Shown here in pieces: positions 47,895 to 61,600 of a stretch of 64,000 nucleotides of DNA (its first letter is position 1; each line of letters starts with the position of its first letter). The position numbers were made by a program, and so were the translations under genes. Source of the DNA: Eledone cirrhosa (lineage: Eukaryota); NCBI GenBank assembly GCA_964016885.1, contig OZ024740.1, positions 434,186,001 to 434,250,000 on the forward strand, given 5' to 3'. The notes beneath the pieces are model-generated. The model was given only the letters and a program-made list of their open reading frames with translations, ran no database searches and had not been told where the DNA came from.

Positions 47895-50800
47895 ATACAT
47901 ACATACATACATACATACATACATACATACATACATACATACATACATGATGGCTGCCCCCTCGTTATCGAGTATGGCCATTGCACGAGAAGGAAAGAAA
48001 AATAATAATAATAATAAATAAATAAAAATAAAATAAAAATTAAAAAAATAATTTTAAAAAAAATATATATATACATACACATATACACATACACAAACAC
48101 ATATACACACACACAAACACACAAACACACACATATACACACACATAGATTAATAATAATAATAACAACAATAATAATAACAACAACAATAATAATATAC
48201 ATATACATATATATATACACACACACGCACACACATAAGCATATCTCCAACAGCAGCCTGGTAGTCAACCACTGGTCTTACTTTATGACAGCGAAGATGA
48301 CTTTCGAGTCCAGCTTTGCTTAGGCAGAGTCTCGCACAGACGCTGCATGTCAGCACCATAGGAGGACCCTCGCCGTCTGGAAGTGCAACAGCAATGCCCT
48401 TCCTCACATCCCGCTTTACTTTCTCGTGTGCGATTCGAGATGCCTCAAAGGCAACTTTTCCCTCATATACAGTCTTTCTCCATTTATTACGATCAGCAGC
48501 AATGTTCTCCCATGTATCAGCAGAGATGTTAGCGTCTTTCAGAGAGGCTTTCAAGGAATCCTTATACCTCTTTTTTGGTTTATGTGGCGGTCGTTTTCCT
48601 TTAACCAACTCTCCATAAAAGAGTTGTTTTGGTATTCTAGAATCCTTCATCCTGGCAAGGTGACCACACCAACGGAGTCGTTACTTAAGCACAAGAGCTT
48701 CTATACTGTCGCACATAGAGCTTCTATACTGTCGCACATAGAGCTTTCCAAAATCTCGACATCACTGATGTGGTCCCTCCAGTGAACGCCATGGATCCGT
48801 CTGAGACACATCTGATGGAAACGCTCCAATTGCTTAAGGTGGCGTCGATATGTGACCCAGTTCTCAAAGGCATAAAGAAGACAAGAGAGTACACATGCCC
48901 TGTACACCTTTACCTTTGTCCTCCTGCATATGTCTCGCCGACCCCAGAGTCGCCTTTCTAGCTTTCCGAAAGCATCACTTGCTTTCCCAATCCTAAGTGA
49001 GATTTCACTGTCAAGGTTGCCGTATCGATTGACAGTGCTTCCCAGGTAGACAAACTGATCAACCACTCCAAGTCGTTTAACATACACATAGATATTTGGT
49101 TCACTGTACTGCTTACCAGGGGCAGGTTGGTACATGACGACGGTTTTCTTGAGACTGACAGTGAATCCCAGGCCAGAGCAAGCATCAGAAAATGCATTCA
49201 AAATGTGCTGCATATCACTCTCTGTGTGCGCTACAAGATCGCAATCATCTGCATACAAGAGGTCTCTTATGATTGTTGTAAATACTTTTGTCTTCGCAGC
49301 AAAGCGCCTGATGTTAAATATGCTGCCTGAGGTTCGATATCGGATGTAAACACCATGCTCGCAATTCCTGAATGCAATACAGAAAACCATTGCAAAGTAT
49401 ATGGCAAACAGGGTCGGTGCTGGAATATCCCCCTGTTTCACTCCATTTTTTACTGAGATAGGCTCCGACATGTTACCCCCGACATTAACCCAAGCCTTCA
49501 TGTCGTCAGGGAAAGACCTAACTAAAGCAAGGAACTTATCAGGGCAACCAAGTTTCTGGAGAACCTTCCATAATGCATCTCTGTTAACAGTATCGAAAGC
49601 TTTTGTCAGATCGACAAAAACCTGATACAGATCCAAGCCTTGTTCCATGCACTTCTCCTGGAGCTGTCTAGCTGAGAAGATCATATCAGTAGTGCCACCT
49701 CCAGCACGAAAACCAGATTGACTTTCAGGAAGAACACAATCTGCAATGTGTGTCAGCAGACGGTCCAGAAGCACCCTACATAAAACTTTCCCTACGACAG
49801 AAAGCAATGATATACCTCTGTAGTTCCCACAATCGTTCCTGTTACCCTTTCCCTTGTACAAGACCACCATTACTGCATCTCTCCAGTCCTCAGGTACGGA
49901 TTCATTAGCCCATATCGTGCCAAACAAAGAGTGAAGATGTTGCAGGAGTCTCTCACCACCATATTGTAGGAGCTCAGTATGTATGCCATCCATACCTGGA
50001 GATCTTCCACTGTTCAGCTTCGAAATAGCCACTGCAACCTCCACAAGCGTCGGAGGTTCTGCGAGAGCTACTTTCACAGGACTTTCTGGAATGAGATTGA
50101 GGAAATCTTCACTGACGACAGATGGCTGATTCAAAAGCTCATGAAAGTGCTCTCGCCACCTTCGTAGAATTCCTTGTGAGTCACGAAGAAGTTCTTTGCC
50201 ATCCCTGCTGCGAAGCGGTGTCACCAGAGAAGAAGACGGTCCATAAACCTCAGGCAAGAGACTGTACAACAGCTTTGTGTTATTGGAATCAGACGCAGTT
50301 TGTATCTCACCAGCCTTCTCACTCCACCACTGATCCTTCATCTGAGAAAGACTCCGCCTAACACGTGATTTTACATCCCTGAGTTCCTCATGCAACGTAT
50401 TCCTCTAATGTGGTTTTGCCATCAAATAGCGTGACAGAGTACGCCTCTTATCAGCCAACAAGTCTTCTATATGTACATCATTCTCATCAAACCAGTCCTG
50501 ATGTTTCCTCTGCGCCAATCCCAGAACACGCCTGCCTACATCATAAACCGACTTTTTAAGGGTCGGCCAATCCTCACCAAGATCTGCAGCCTGCATCTCT
50601 TCTTCCAATGTCCTCTTCACATTTTTATCCTTAAGACGAGCAGCATTCAATCTTTTGGGCAGGGCAACACCAGGAGCCCGGATTTTACGTTTAGTGATTA
50701 GTTTCACTTTTGCGTGTACCAGGCGGTGGTCCGTCCAGCACTCAGCTCCACGAAGAACACGAACACACTGCACATCCTGTCTGTCACGCATCCTGACTAG

Positions 50801-51981
50801 GACGTAGTCCAAAAGATGCCATTCCTTAGATGCAGGATGCATCCATGTGGTCTTGAATTTGTTCTTTTGTTGGAACATGGTGTTGGTAACACACAGATCC
50901 AGCTCCTCACACATCTGCAGCAGGAGCATACCATTGCTGTTACACTTTCCCACCCCATGCTTTCCGATTACATTCCATGTGTTAAAGTCCCTACCCACTC
51001 TAGCATTAAAGTCACCAAGCACGATGACTTTGTCTGCCTGAGGGATATTTCTTAAAACACCTTTCAAGGCATAGTAAAAGGACACCTTTTCCTCATCGAC
51101 AGAACTCATAGTTGGAGCATACACACTCACCAGGGTAGCATATCTTCCCTTGTCCAGCGGAACTCTCATGGGCATAAGACGCTCACTAATCCCTACTGGG
51201 AATTCTTCTAATTTGTTCACAAGCACAGTCTTAACAGCAAATCCTACCCAAGCCTCTCTTCTGGTTCCTTCATCTCTTCCTTTCCAGAAGAATGTATATT
51301 CTCCACAAAATTCCATAAGATGACCATCTCCAGTTAGCCTCGTCTCAGATAAAGCCACGATGTCAAGATCGTAACGTCGAAGCTCCTTTGCAACAAGAGC
51401 GGTCCTTCGTTCAGGACGCCCCAAGGAATCCCTGTCAAGCAGCGTCCGTACGTTCCAGCAGCCAAGACTAAATGCCTTGTTTGGCTCTATTACAATGGCA
51501 CGATGACGAGCGGGCCCAGGTTGTGATAACTTGGGGCCCCTGCCCTTATTGCCAATGATATTTTTTGTTCCAGAACCCAAATGGGCAATTATCTCGTTTA
51601 CATTGTTCTGGAACATCATTGAATTGGGGAAAAAAAAAAAAAAAAAAAAAATTAATAATAATAGTAATAATAATAATAGTACACTATCAACAATTATTAA
51701 TGCACTCGTGCAATGCCTGTGCGTGACGAATATTTTTAAAGTGAGGAAAGACTGTGCACTGAGCTCATCCCACTCTCTGAGCGACAGTAGCTATAACCCG
51801 AAAAGAAGAAAAGATCAACATCATCGGTAACTACTGAGCCGCAGGTTTTATGTCGGAGTTAACCCAGTTTCCTGAGATGCCTTCTCCTAGAAGAATGTCC
51901 TGACAAGGGCTAGGGGTTCTTCACTCCCAGTGGTTTAACTGCGCGATCGGGCATCCAGCCCGATTATTTCTATGTCCCGCG
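47895..51981 (-). mobile_element. Near full-length RTE-BovB-type LINE (APE ORF 50405-51619, RT ORF 48701-50395), frameshifted, (TATG)n tail
   Basis: WNVRTL..ERRTALVA.EL.RY..SETRL..YAPT..GDFNARVG..WTDH; DLTKAFD..GVKQG..YADD. Confidence 0.93.
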
Positions 51982-52254
51982 CAAAAAAAAAGAAAAAAAA
52001 AAAATCACTCATTGACACTTATACGTACGACATACACGCATACATATGCGCACACACAGCAACACTCATACATACAAACAAACACACACACACGCTACTC
52101 TACTCACTTACACGCACACACACACATATAATATATATGTTACCGTCATTACTGATACAAGATTACAAGATTATGTCAACTGTTGACTTTCAAGAGTTTG
52201 TATAGTTGAAGCCGATCGTATTACAGTCCAGTATTATTATAATTGCTTTACAGC

Positions 52255-52390
52255 ATAGAGTCACGGCTCTCCACGCTCTGAGCTCAAATCCTGCCGAGGT
52301 CAACCTTGCCTTTCATCCCCACGGAGTCAACAAAAGAGAGTACCAGTGATGCGCTGGGCCAGTCGCTGGATCCGTGCCAAAAGCAGAAAA
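52255..52390 (+). mobile_element. Meta-type SINE fragment
   Basis: CTCAAATCCTGCCGAGGTCAACCTTGCCTTTCATCCC. Confidence 0.65.
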
Positions 52391-53495
52391 ATTATTATTA
52401 AAGTTGTTTTCTTAAGGCCCGGTCGCTGGTGATGGCGGCGGCGGTGGTGGTGGTGGTGGCAGTTGATGTTGTTGTTGTGTTGTGTGCGTGGTGTGTGTGT
52501 GTGTGTTTTGTTATTTCGAGTTTTTTTTAGTTTTTTTTATTTTCCCTTCTTTTTCTTTTTTTTTATCTTTTGATGCCGCTGTTGTTGTTGTTGTTGTAAA
52601 TGTTCATTTCAGTTCATTCTGAAGCTGTTGTTGCTGTAAACATTAGTGCCGGTGTTGTTGTTGTAGATGTTGGGGTTTAAATCTGGTCGTTTGACTGAGT
52701 GATGTATATACATACATATATATATGAAGGTTAAAAAACACTTGTGGATAGTTCAGTTTTAAATCAACATATGAGAAGTAGTTTTAGATTGATGTGTGAT
52801 ATTGGGAAAAATATTTTATTTAGAGGGGGGGGGGGTGGAAAGGATGAAAAAGAGGAGGAGATGAGAGTAAAAAGTGGAGAGGGAGGAGTATAATGAGGAA
52901 GGATGAGATAGGAGAGATGTTTTTGAAATGCGCATAATAAAATACATGGAACTCTTTTAACCATCTTTTGTTCTTATATATTATGTATACTCCAGTCCTA
53001 CAAACTGTAGAGTGCTTCTTATCCGATATCTGCATTGCTTTATTGTACTACAATAAAACTCACCTCCTACATACATATATATATATATATATATACACAT
53101 TCAACAGAGAGTAGAGAGTTTGACAACAGCTCGATGACTTTAGTCTAGATAGGGTAATGACATGTGATGGTGGGGAGAGAGTGTAGAAGTTATTGTGGTG
53201 GCGGGGGACAGTGCGATGTATCTAGTTCATTTGACCGTTTTCTTCTCTTTGCAAAATTTGAATTTTAACCATGTTATATTGAGATGTAAGTAAATGTAAA
53301 ATGTAAAATATAAATAAGGATTGCTCTGCTAAAATATACTAAAATATTTGTGTAACTTCCACAAACTTCTGTTGTGACATTCCCGAGTCCAGTGACCAAC
53401 AAATTGTTGTATTTTGATGTTTCAGAATACAAAAATTAATTAAAAACTTACCCCACGAAAAGACAGCGTATGTTGTCCTCTCTATAAGCTCCCTC

Positions 53496-53652
53496 ATACA
53501 TACATACATACATACATACATACATACATACATACATGCATACATGATGGCTGCCCCCTCGTTATCGAGTATGGCCATTGCACGAGAAGAAAAAAAAAAA
53601 AATAATAATAATAATAATAATAAATAAATTTAAAAAAAAAAAAAAAGAAATA

Positions 53653-53720
<68 letters not shown>

Positions 53721-56133
53721 CATACATACATATATACATACACAGATACATACACATACACACACATACATTAATAACAATAATAATAATAATAATAATA
53801 GCAATAATAATAATGAGTAACAACAATAATAATATACATATTCATATATATATACACACACACGCACGCACATAAGCATATCTACACACACACACACACA
53901 CACACGATAGCAACTAACAGTGCTGCGATCGAATGTGGCTTTTTAGCCCAGCCAATGATCTAAAATGTCTTGCACAGAGTCGGCAACCAAAACATCCACT
54001 GGGAATAGTCGGCTGTGGTTGGAGTTTGTGTACTTTTGCATGTCGCTTGAGCCCTCCTGCTGATTTACATTCTCTACCACATGTTTGGCAAGCATGATGA
54101 GTAGCATCTCCAACAGCAGCCTGGTAGTCAACCACTGGTCTTACTTTATGACTGCGAAGATGACTTTCGAGTCCAGCTTTGCTTAGGCAGAGTCTCGCAC
54201 AGACGCTGCATGTCAGCACCATAGGAGGACCCTCGCCGTCTGGAAGTGCAACAGCAATGCACTTCCTCACATCCCGCTTTACTTTCTCGTGTGCGATTCG
54301 AGATGCCTCAAAGGCAACTTTTCCCTCATATACAGTCTTTCTCCATTTATTACGATCAGCAGCAATATTTTCCCATGTATCAGCAGAGATGTTAGCGTCT
54401 TTCAGAGAGGCTTTCAAGGAATCCTTATACCTCTTTTTTGGTTTATGTGGCGGTCGTTTTCCTTTAACCAACTCTCCATAGAAGAGTTGTTTTGGTATTC
54501 TAGAATCCTTCATCCTTGCAAGGTGACCACTCCAACGAAGTCGTTGCTTAAGCACAAGAGCTTCTATACTGTCACACATAGAGCTTTCCAAAATCTCGAC
54601 ATCACTGATGTGGTCCCTCCAGTGAACGCCATGGATCCGTCTGAGACACATCTGATGGAAACGCTCCAATTGCTTAAGGTGGCGTCGATATGTGACCCAG
54701 TTCTCGCAAGCATAAAGAAGACAAGAGAGTACACATGCCCTGTACACCTTTACCTTTGTCCTCCTGCATATGTCTCGCCGACCCCAGAGTCGCCTTTCTA
54801 GCTTTCCGAAAGCATCACTTGCTTTCCTAATCCTAAGTGAGATTTCACTGTCAAGGTTGCCGTATCGATTGACAGTGCTTCCCAGGTAGACAAACTGATC
54901 AATCACTTCAAGTCGTTTGCCATACACATAGATGTTTGGTTCAGTGTACTGCTTACTAGGGGCAGGTGGGTACATGACGACGGTTTTCTTGAGACTGACA
55001 GTCAAACCCAGGGCAGTGCAAGCGTCAGAAAATGCATTCAAAATGTGCTGCATATCACTCTCTATGTGCGCTACAAGATCGCAATCATCTGCATACAAGA
55101 GGTCTCTTATGATTGATGTAAATACTTTTGTCTTCACAGCAAAGCGCCTGATGTTAAATATGCTGCCTGAGGTTCGATATCGGATGTAAACACCATGCTC
55201 GCAATTCCTGAATGCAATACAGAAAACCATTGCAAAGTATATGGCAAACAGGGTCGGTGCTGGAATATCCCCCCTGTTTCACTCCATTTTTTACTGAGAT
55301 AGGCTCCGACATGTTACCTCCGACATTAACCCAAGCCTTCATGTCGTCATGGAAAGACCTAACTAAAGCAAGGAACTTATCAGGGCAACCAAGTTTCTGG
55401 AGAACCTTCCATAATGCATCTCTGTTGACAGTATCGAAAGCCTTTGTCAGATCGACAAAAACCTGATACAGATCCAAGCCTTGTTCCATGCACTTCTCCT
55501 GGAGCTGTCTAGCTGAGAAGATCATATCAGTAGTGCCGCGTCCAGCACGAAAACCAGATTGACTTTCAGGAAGAACACAATCTGCAATGTGTGTCAGCAG
55601 ATGGTCCAGAAGCACCCTACATAAAACTTTCCCTACGACAGAAAGCAATGATATACCTCTGTAGTTCCCACAATCATTCCTGTTACCCTTTCCCTTGTAC
55701 AAGACCACCATTACTGCATCTCTCCAGTCCTCAGGTACGGATTCATTAGCCCATATCCTGCCAAACAAAGAGTGAAGATGTTGCAGGAGTCTCTCACGAC
55801 CATATTGTAGGGGTTCAGCATGTATGCCATTCATACCTGGAGATCTTCCACTGTTCAGCTTCGAGATAGCCACTGCAACCTCCACAAGCGTCGGAGGTTC
55901 TGCGAGAGCTACTTTCACAGGACTTTCTGGAATGAGATTGAGGAAATCTTCACTGACGACAGACGGCTGATTCAAAAGATCATCAAAGTGCTCTCGCCAC
56001 CTTCGTAGAATTCCCTGTGAGTCACGAAGAAGTTCTTTGCCATCCTTGCTGCGAAGCGGTGTCACCAGAGAAGAAGACGGTCCATAAACCTCATGCAAGA
56101 GACTATACAACAGCTTTGTGTTATTGGAACCAG
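53496..56133 (-). mobile_element. 5'-truncated RTE-BovB-type LINE of the same family, with three C-terminal C2H2 zinc fingers
   Basis: ORFs 55154-56133 and 53914-55230 (1-bp frameshift); CSVC..H..H, CQTC..H..H, CRLC..H..H; same 3' terminus as the copy at 47945. Confidence 0.93.
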
Positions 56134-56174
56134 GCGTGCGCGCGCACACGCACACGCACATGCACACACACACA

Positions 56175-56376
<202 letters not shown>

Positions 56377-56500
56377 TACATACATACATACATACATACA
56401 TACATACATACATACATACATACATACATAATTTTTCATATTATCACAAGTTCTCTTTACTTTTCCTCATCAATAAATTATTTTATATTCTTCATTCCAG

Positions 56501-56582
56501 AGGAAAACCAAATCTTTTGTTCTCAGATATCACACGATGTATTTCACCCCTCACCTTTCTAATAGGATGTCCCACACGGCAG
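56501..56582 (+). CDS. SLC44A: SLC44A/CTL exon, (E)GKPNLLFSDITRCISPLTFLIGCPTRQ
   Basis: ttccag| acceptor and |gtatga donor; phase 2 in, phase 0 out; matches CTL KPYLFYFxxxxC.....CPTPQ. Confidence 0.9.
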
Positions 56583-57797
56583 GTATGATAACAGTATATA
56601 TCACCCCTCACCTTTCTAATGGGATGTTCCACTCCCCAGGTATGACAGTATATTTCACCCCTCACCTTTCTAATGGGATGTTCCACTCCCCAGGTATGAC
56701 AGTATATTTCACCCCTCACCTTTCTAATGGGATGTTCCACTCCCCAGGTATGACAGTATATTTCACCCCTCACCTTTCTAATGGGATGTTCCACTCCCCA
56801 GGTATGACATTATATTTCACCCCTCACCTTTCTAATGGGATGTTCCACTCCCCAGGTATGACAGTATATTTCACCCCTCACCTTTCTAATGGGATGTTCC
56901 ACTCCCCAGGTATGACAGTATATTTCACCCCTCACATTTCTAATGGGATGTTCCACTCCCCAGGTATGACAGTATATTTCACCCCTCAACTTTCTAATGG
57001 GATGTTCCACTCCCCAGGTATGACAGTATATTTCACCCCTTACCTTTCTAATGGGATGTTCCACTCCCCAGGTATGACAGTATATTTCACCCCTCAACTT
57101 TCTAATGGGATGTTCCACTCCCCAGGTATGACAGTATATTTCACCCCTCAACTTTCTAATGGGATGTTCCACTCCCCAGGTATGACAGTATATTTCACCC
57201 CTCACCTTTCTAATGGGATGTTCCACTCCTCCACTCCCCAGGTATGACAGTATATTTCACCCCTCAACTTTCTAATGGGATGTTCCACTCCCCAGGTATG
57301 ACAGTATATTTCACCCCTCAACTTTCTAATGGGATGTTCCACTCCCCAGGTATGACAGTATATTTCACCCCTCACCTTTTTAATGGGATGTTCCACTCCC
57401 CAGGTATGACAGTATAATTTACCCCTCACCTTTCTAATAGGATGTCCCACACGGCAGGTATGATAACAGTATATATATCACCCCTCAACTTTCTAATGGG
57501 ATGTTCCACTCCCCAGGTATGACAGTATATTTCACCCCTCACCTTTCTAATGGGATGTTCCACTCCCCAGGTATGACAGTATATTTCACCCCTCACCTTT
57601 TTAATGGGATGTTCCACTCCCAGGTATGACAGTATATTTCACCCCTCACCTTTTTAATGGGATGTTCCACTCCCAGGTATGACAGTATATTTCACCCCTC
57701 ACCTTTTTAATAGGATGTTCCACTCCCCAGGTATGACAGTATATTTCACCCCTCACCTTTTTAATGGGATGTTCCACTCCCCAGGTATGACAGTATA
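56540..57797. repeat. 54-bp minisatellite derived from the exon 3' half plus its splice donor, about 23 copies
   Basis: Unit TATATTTCACCCCTCACCTTTCTAATGGGATGTTCCACTCCCCAG|GTATGACAG aligns with the exon end. Confidence 0.96.
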
Positions 57798-58015
57798 TTG
57801 AAATGATTCATTACCTGTGTTTTAAACAATTTCTTGCAATTTGTTAAAATGTGGTTGATGAAAATAGTGGGGAGGGGGGGGGGGTCATCATCACCACCCC
57901 CAGCACCATCACCACCACCACAACCGCTACCACCACCCCAACTGCCACCACCACCATCACCCCCCACCTCCACCACCACCAGTCTATATTACAAATATAT
58001 TTCTTTTATTTTCAG

Positions 58016-58075
58016 ATTTGTGTTAAAAAGTGTCCTACGAAGACAAAAGCTCTCCCAAAACAATATTGCAGAGAT
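58016..58075 (+). CDS. SLC44A: SLC44A/CTL exon, ICVKKCPTKTKALPKQYCRD
   Basis: tttcag| acceptor and |gtaaga donor; phase 0-0; CTL motif (I/V)CVxxCP. Confidence 0.9.
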
Positions 58076-58126
58076 GTAAGAATTATATTTTATATTCCAG
58101 ATAATTCTCTTCTATTGATACGGTTG

Positions 58127-58276
58127 ATATGTACCTTACTAAACCACAGTCACTGTAATAGTTTATATGTATCTTACTAAACCACAGTCACTGTAATAGT
58201 TTATATGTACCTTACTAAACCACAGTCACTGTAATAGTTTATATGTACCTTACTAAACCAAAACCACTGTAATAGT
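58127..58276. repeat. 38-bp minisatellite, about 4 copies
   Basis: ATATGTACCTTACTAAACCACAGTCACTGTAATAGTTT. Confidence 0.88.
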
Positions 58277-58621
58277 AACCTCTCTTTAGATCATATCCAG
58301 ACCAGCCTATTGAGTTATTTGTACCTGCAGTAAATTATTTCATCATCATCATCACCATTTACTATGTATTTTCGACACAAGCATGGGTATGACAGGTTGC
58401 TCCAGGCTAAACAGACAAATCAGACAACTATTTTCTGTTCATATGTTCCATTGTGGCATGGTTTCTGTGGCTGGATGTCCTTCCTAATCACTTGACAAAG
58501 TATAGCAGGTTTGTTTTCTTGTGGTACAACCACTACAACCTAACAATGTGGACTGAGAGCTTTTTGTAACCCCTGAACTACCACTTTACAAAGTGGGATG
58601 GGTGTGTTTTATCATGACAAT

Positions 58622-61600
58622 ATAACAAGGTACATATCTCTCATTGTGTAGTGAACCTAAACAAGGTACATCTCTCTTGTGTAGTGAACCTAAACAAGGT
58701 ATATATCTCTCATTGTGTAATGAACCTAAACAAGGTACATATCTCTTGTGTAGTGGACCTAAACAAGGTACATATCTCTTGTGTAGTGGACCTAAACAAG
58801 GTACATATCTCTTGTGTAGTGAACCTAAACAAGGTACATATCTCTTGTGTAATGGACCTAAACAAGGTACATATCTCTTGTGTAATGGACCTAAACAAGG
58901 TACATATCTCTTGTGTAGTGAACCTAAACAAGGTACATATCTCTTGTGTAGTGGACCTAAACAAGGTACATATCTCTTGTGTAGTGAACCTTAACAAGGT
59001 ACACATCTCTTGTGTAATGAACCTAAACAAGGTACATATCTCTTGTGTAGTGAACCTTAACAAGGTACATATCTCTTGTGTAGTGAACCTTAACAAGGTA
59101 CACATCTCTTGTGTAGTGAACCTAAACAAGGTACATATCTCTTGTGTAATGGACCTAAACAAGGTACATATCTCTTGTGTAGTGAACTTAAACAAGGTAC
59201 ATATCTCTTGTGTAGTGGACCTAAACAAGGTACATATCTCTTGTGTAGTGAACCTAAACAAGGTACATATCTCTTGTGTAATGAACCTAAACAAGGTACA
59301 TATCTCTTGTGTAGTGAACCTAAACAAGGTACATATCTCTTGTGTAGTGAACCTTAACAAGGTACACATCTCTTGTGTAGTGAACCTAAACAAGGTACAT
59401 ATCTCTTGTGTAGTGAACCTAAACAAGGTACATATCTCTTGTGTAGTGGACCTTAACAAGGTACACATCTCTTGTGTACTGGACCTAAACAAGGTACATA
59501 TCTCTTGTGTAGTGGACCTAAACAAGGTACATATCTCTTGTGTAGTGGACCTAAACAAGGTACATATCTCTTGTGTAATGGACCTAAACAAGGTACATAT
59601 CAGCGCTGCCGAAATTTTTTTTCAAAAAGTACAGAATCTGACCAAAACGTACAGAATTTTACTAAATCCCCCAATTACAATCAAAAACACTCTTTTTATA
59701 CATATTTTTGAAGTTAACAACATTTATTGACAATTTAAACATAAGGGCATCAAAAAGAAACGTCATCTTCCTGAGCAGATTCTCTGTTGTACCAATTTTT
59801 TTCAAATAATGCTTTGCAAAGATGTTCATCGGGCTCCCACGTCATGCAGTCGGCATGTTGTAACAAATATTTCGACCTAACAAGAGCGTTAAGAGTGGAA
59901 GTTTTCAAACAATTTCCATTCTTTGTTTTAATAGAGTGGAGAACAGAGAAAATTCTTTCAGCCGCTGTGGAGGAGTGGGGTAAAGAAAGAAGACTAAGCA
60001 TAAGAGATGACAGCAGAGGGTAACGGTTTTCATCGCCACACTTCTCTTGTGAGGCAGCAAACCAAAATTTTTCTGATCGTTGTGCGGGATGAAGGAAGAA
60101 CCTTGAATCGTCAGGTGGCGCCATTCCTGATTTATCTCTTCGTAATCTTTCTCATCAAAAAGACTTGGAAATCGCATAACAAGTGGAATTATTGACCTCG
60201 GCCTTCCCTCCATCACGTTGGTTGGGTCTAACGCCTCAAGTGGTTCCAAATTGTTCTGCATATGGCAAGACAAAAACCGCATTAGCATTTGGTTTGAAAG
60301 ACAAACAAAGAATCGTAGTATATTCTGTCGGAAGGTCAGCAATTCATCAAGGGCAATGGTGGTAGAATTGTCGTGTAAAATGCTCTCAGCTACAGCACCA
60401 AAGTAGATACGATCTAATGGTTGGTGTACCGTTTAATTGTTGGTGTACCGTTGAATTGTTGACATTAATCTCACACACATTGATGACAGAAAGTAAATCA
60501 GGTTTAATGAAATTGCTCAAAATTCCCTTCATTCCAGCATTGATTGCTCTTTTGAGTTGATGCATCCGATAGCTTTCGGCCTGGAATTCCAGATTAAATT
60601 TGTTGATGTCGTTTAAAATAAAAGATAGAAATGCAAAATACATCTTTGTAAGAGGATTCTTCATTTCAGTGAGAATTCTTCGAGCCGTAGACGGACACCC
60701 ATCCTCTAATGTTGCTTGGGTGAAATATGCCAGCAATGCTGGCCACTGCTCTAAAATGCACTCCACAACTTGCTTGAGAGACAGCCACCTTGTGCAGCTT
60801 GCATGCAGGATTTTGTGAGGATCAATTGAAGCTATTTTTTGCAGACCTTTGTATTCATTGATCCGCTTAGGACTGTGACTAAAGTATGCATAAATACTTC
60901 TTGTCAATTCTTCCACGGAATTTGGTAATTCATTGCACGCTTTTGATGAACATAAGTGTAATGAATGACAAACACAGGCTTGCACAAGTAGATCTGGTCT
61001 CGTCTGCTTCAACAAACGCTGGACGCCTCCTTTGCTGCCCATCATAACACTTGCATTATCACAGGTAAAACCTATCAAATTTTCAAAAGGAATAGCGTGT
61101 TCGTTGAAAAACGATAGAAGACAGTTGTAAATACCCACAGCACTGCAATCATTTATTTCTATAAGAGTTAGACAATCGTCGACAGTCTTTTGAAAATTTC
61201 AACGTCGTAATATCTGGATACAAGGACGAGTTGTTTAAGTATTGAAACATCAGTTGTTTCATCGATGATGAGGGAGAATTTTGTCGAGTGAAGTTACTTT
61301 AATAAAGTGTTGAAGCCATAGGGGCCGATGACGTTTGAAAAGATGGATGTGCCTTTTGTTCTGGCACACTTCACATCCTGGGCAATTTTTAGAATCAGGA
61401 CAGGCGTTTACAACAAGGCCAGGCAAGTGGTCCAAAATAGAGATGGGTAGATTATGCTCAGCAACAAATGCACAGTACTTTAATTCAGCAGATACTACTT
61501 TCCTGGAGTGTGAAGAAAACGAAGAGGCTTGGATAAAATTTGTCAATTTCGTTGCTTTATTCGTTTCTTTTGCATTCTTGCGGTACTTTTCTGTCTGCTC

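Noticed and set aside
57834-58010. Proline-rich exon extension
   Set aside because: (CCA)n low-complexity intron sequence upstream of the true acceptor at 58015.
58644-59730. 11-aa repeat ORFs (359 and 293 aa)
   Set aside because: 33-bp minisatellite interrupted by a hAT element; open on both strands.
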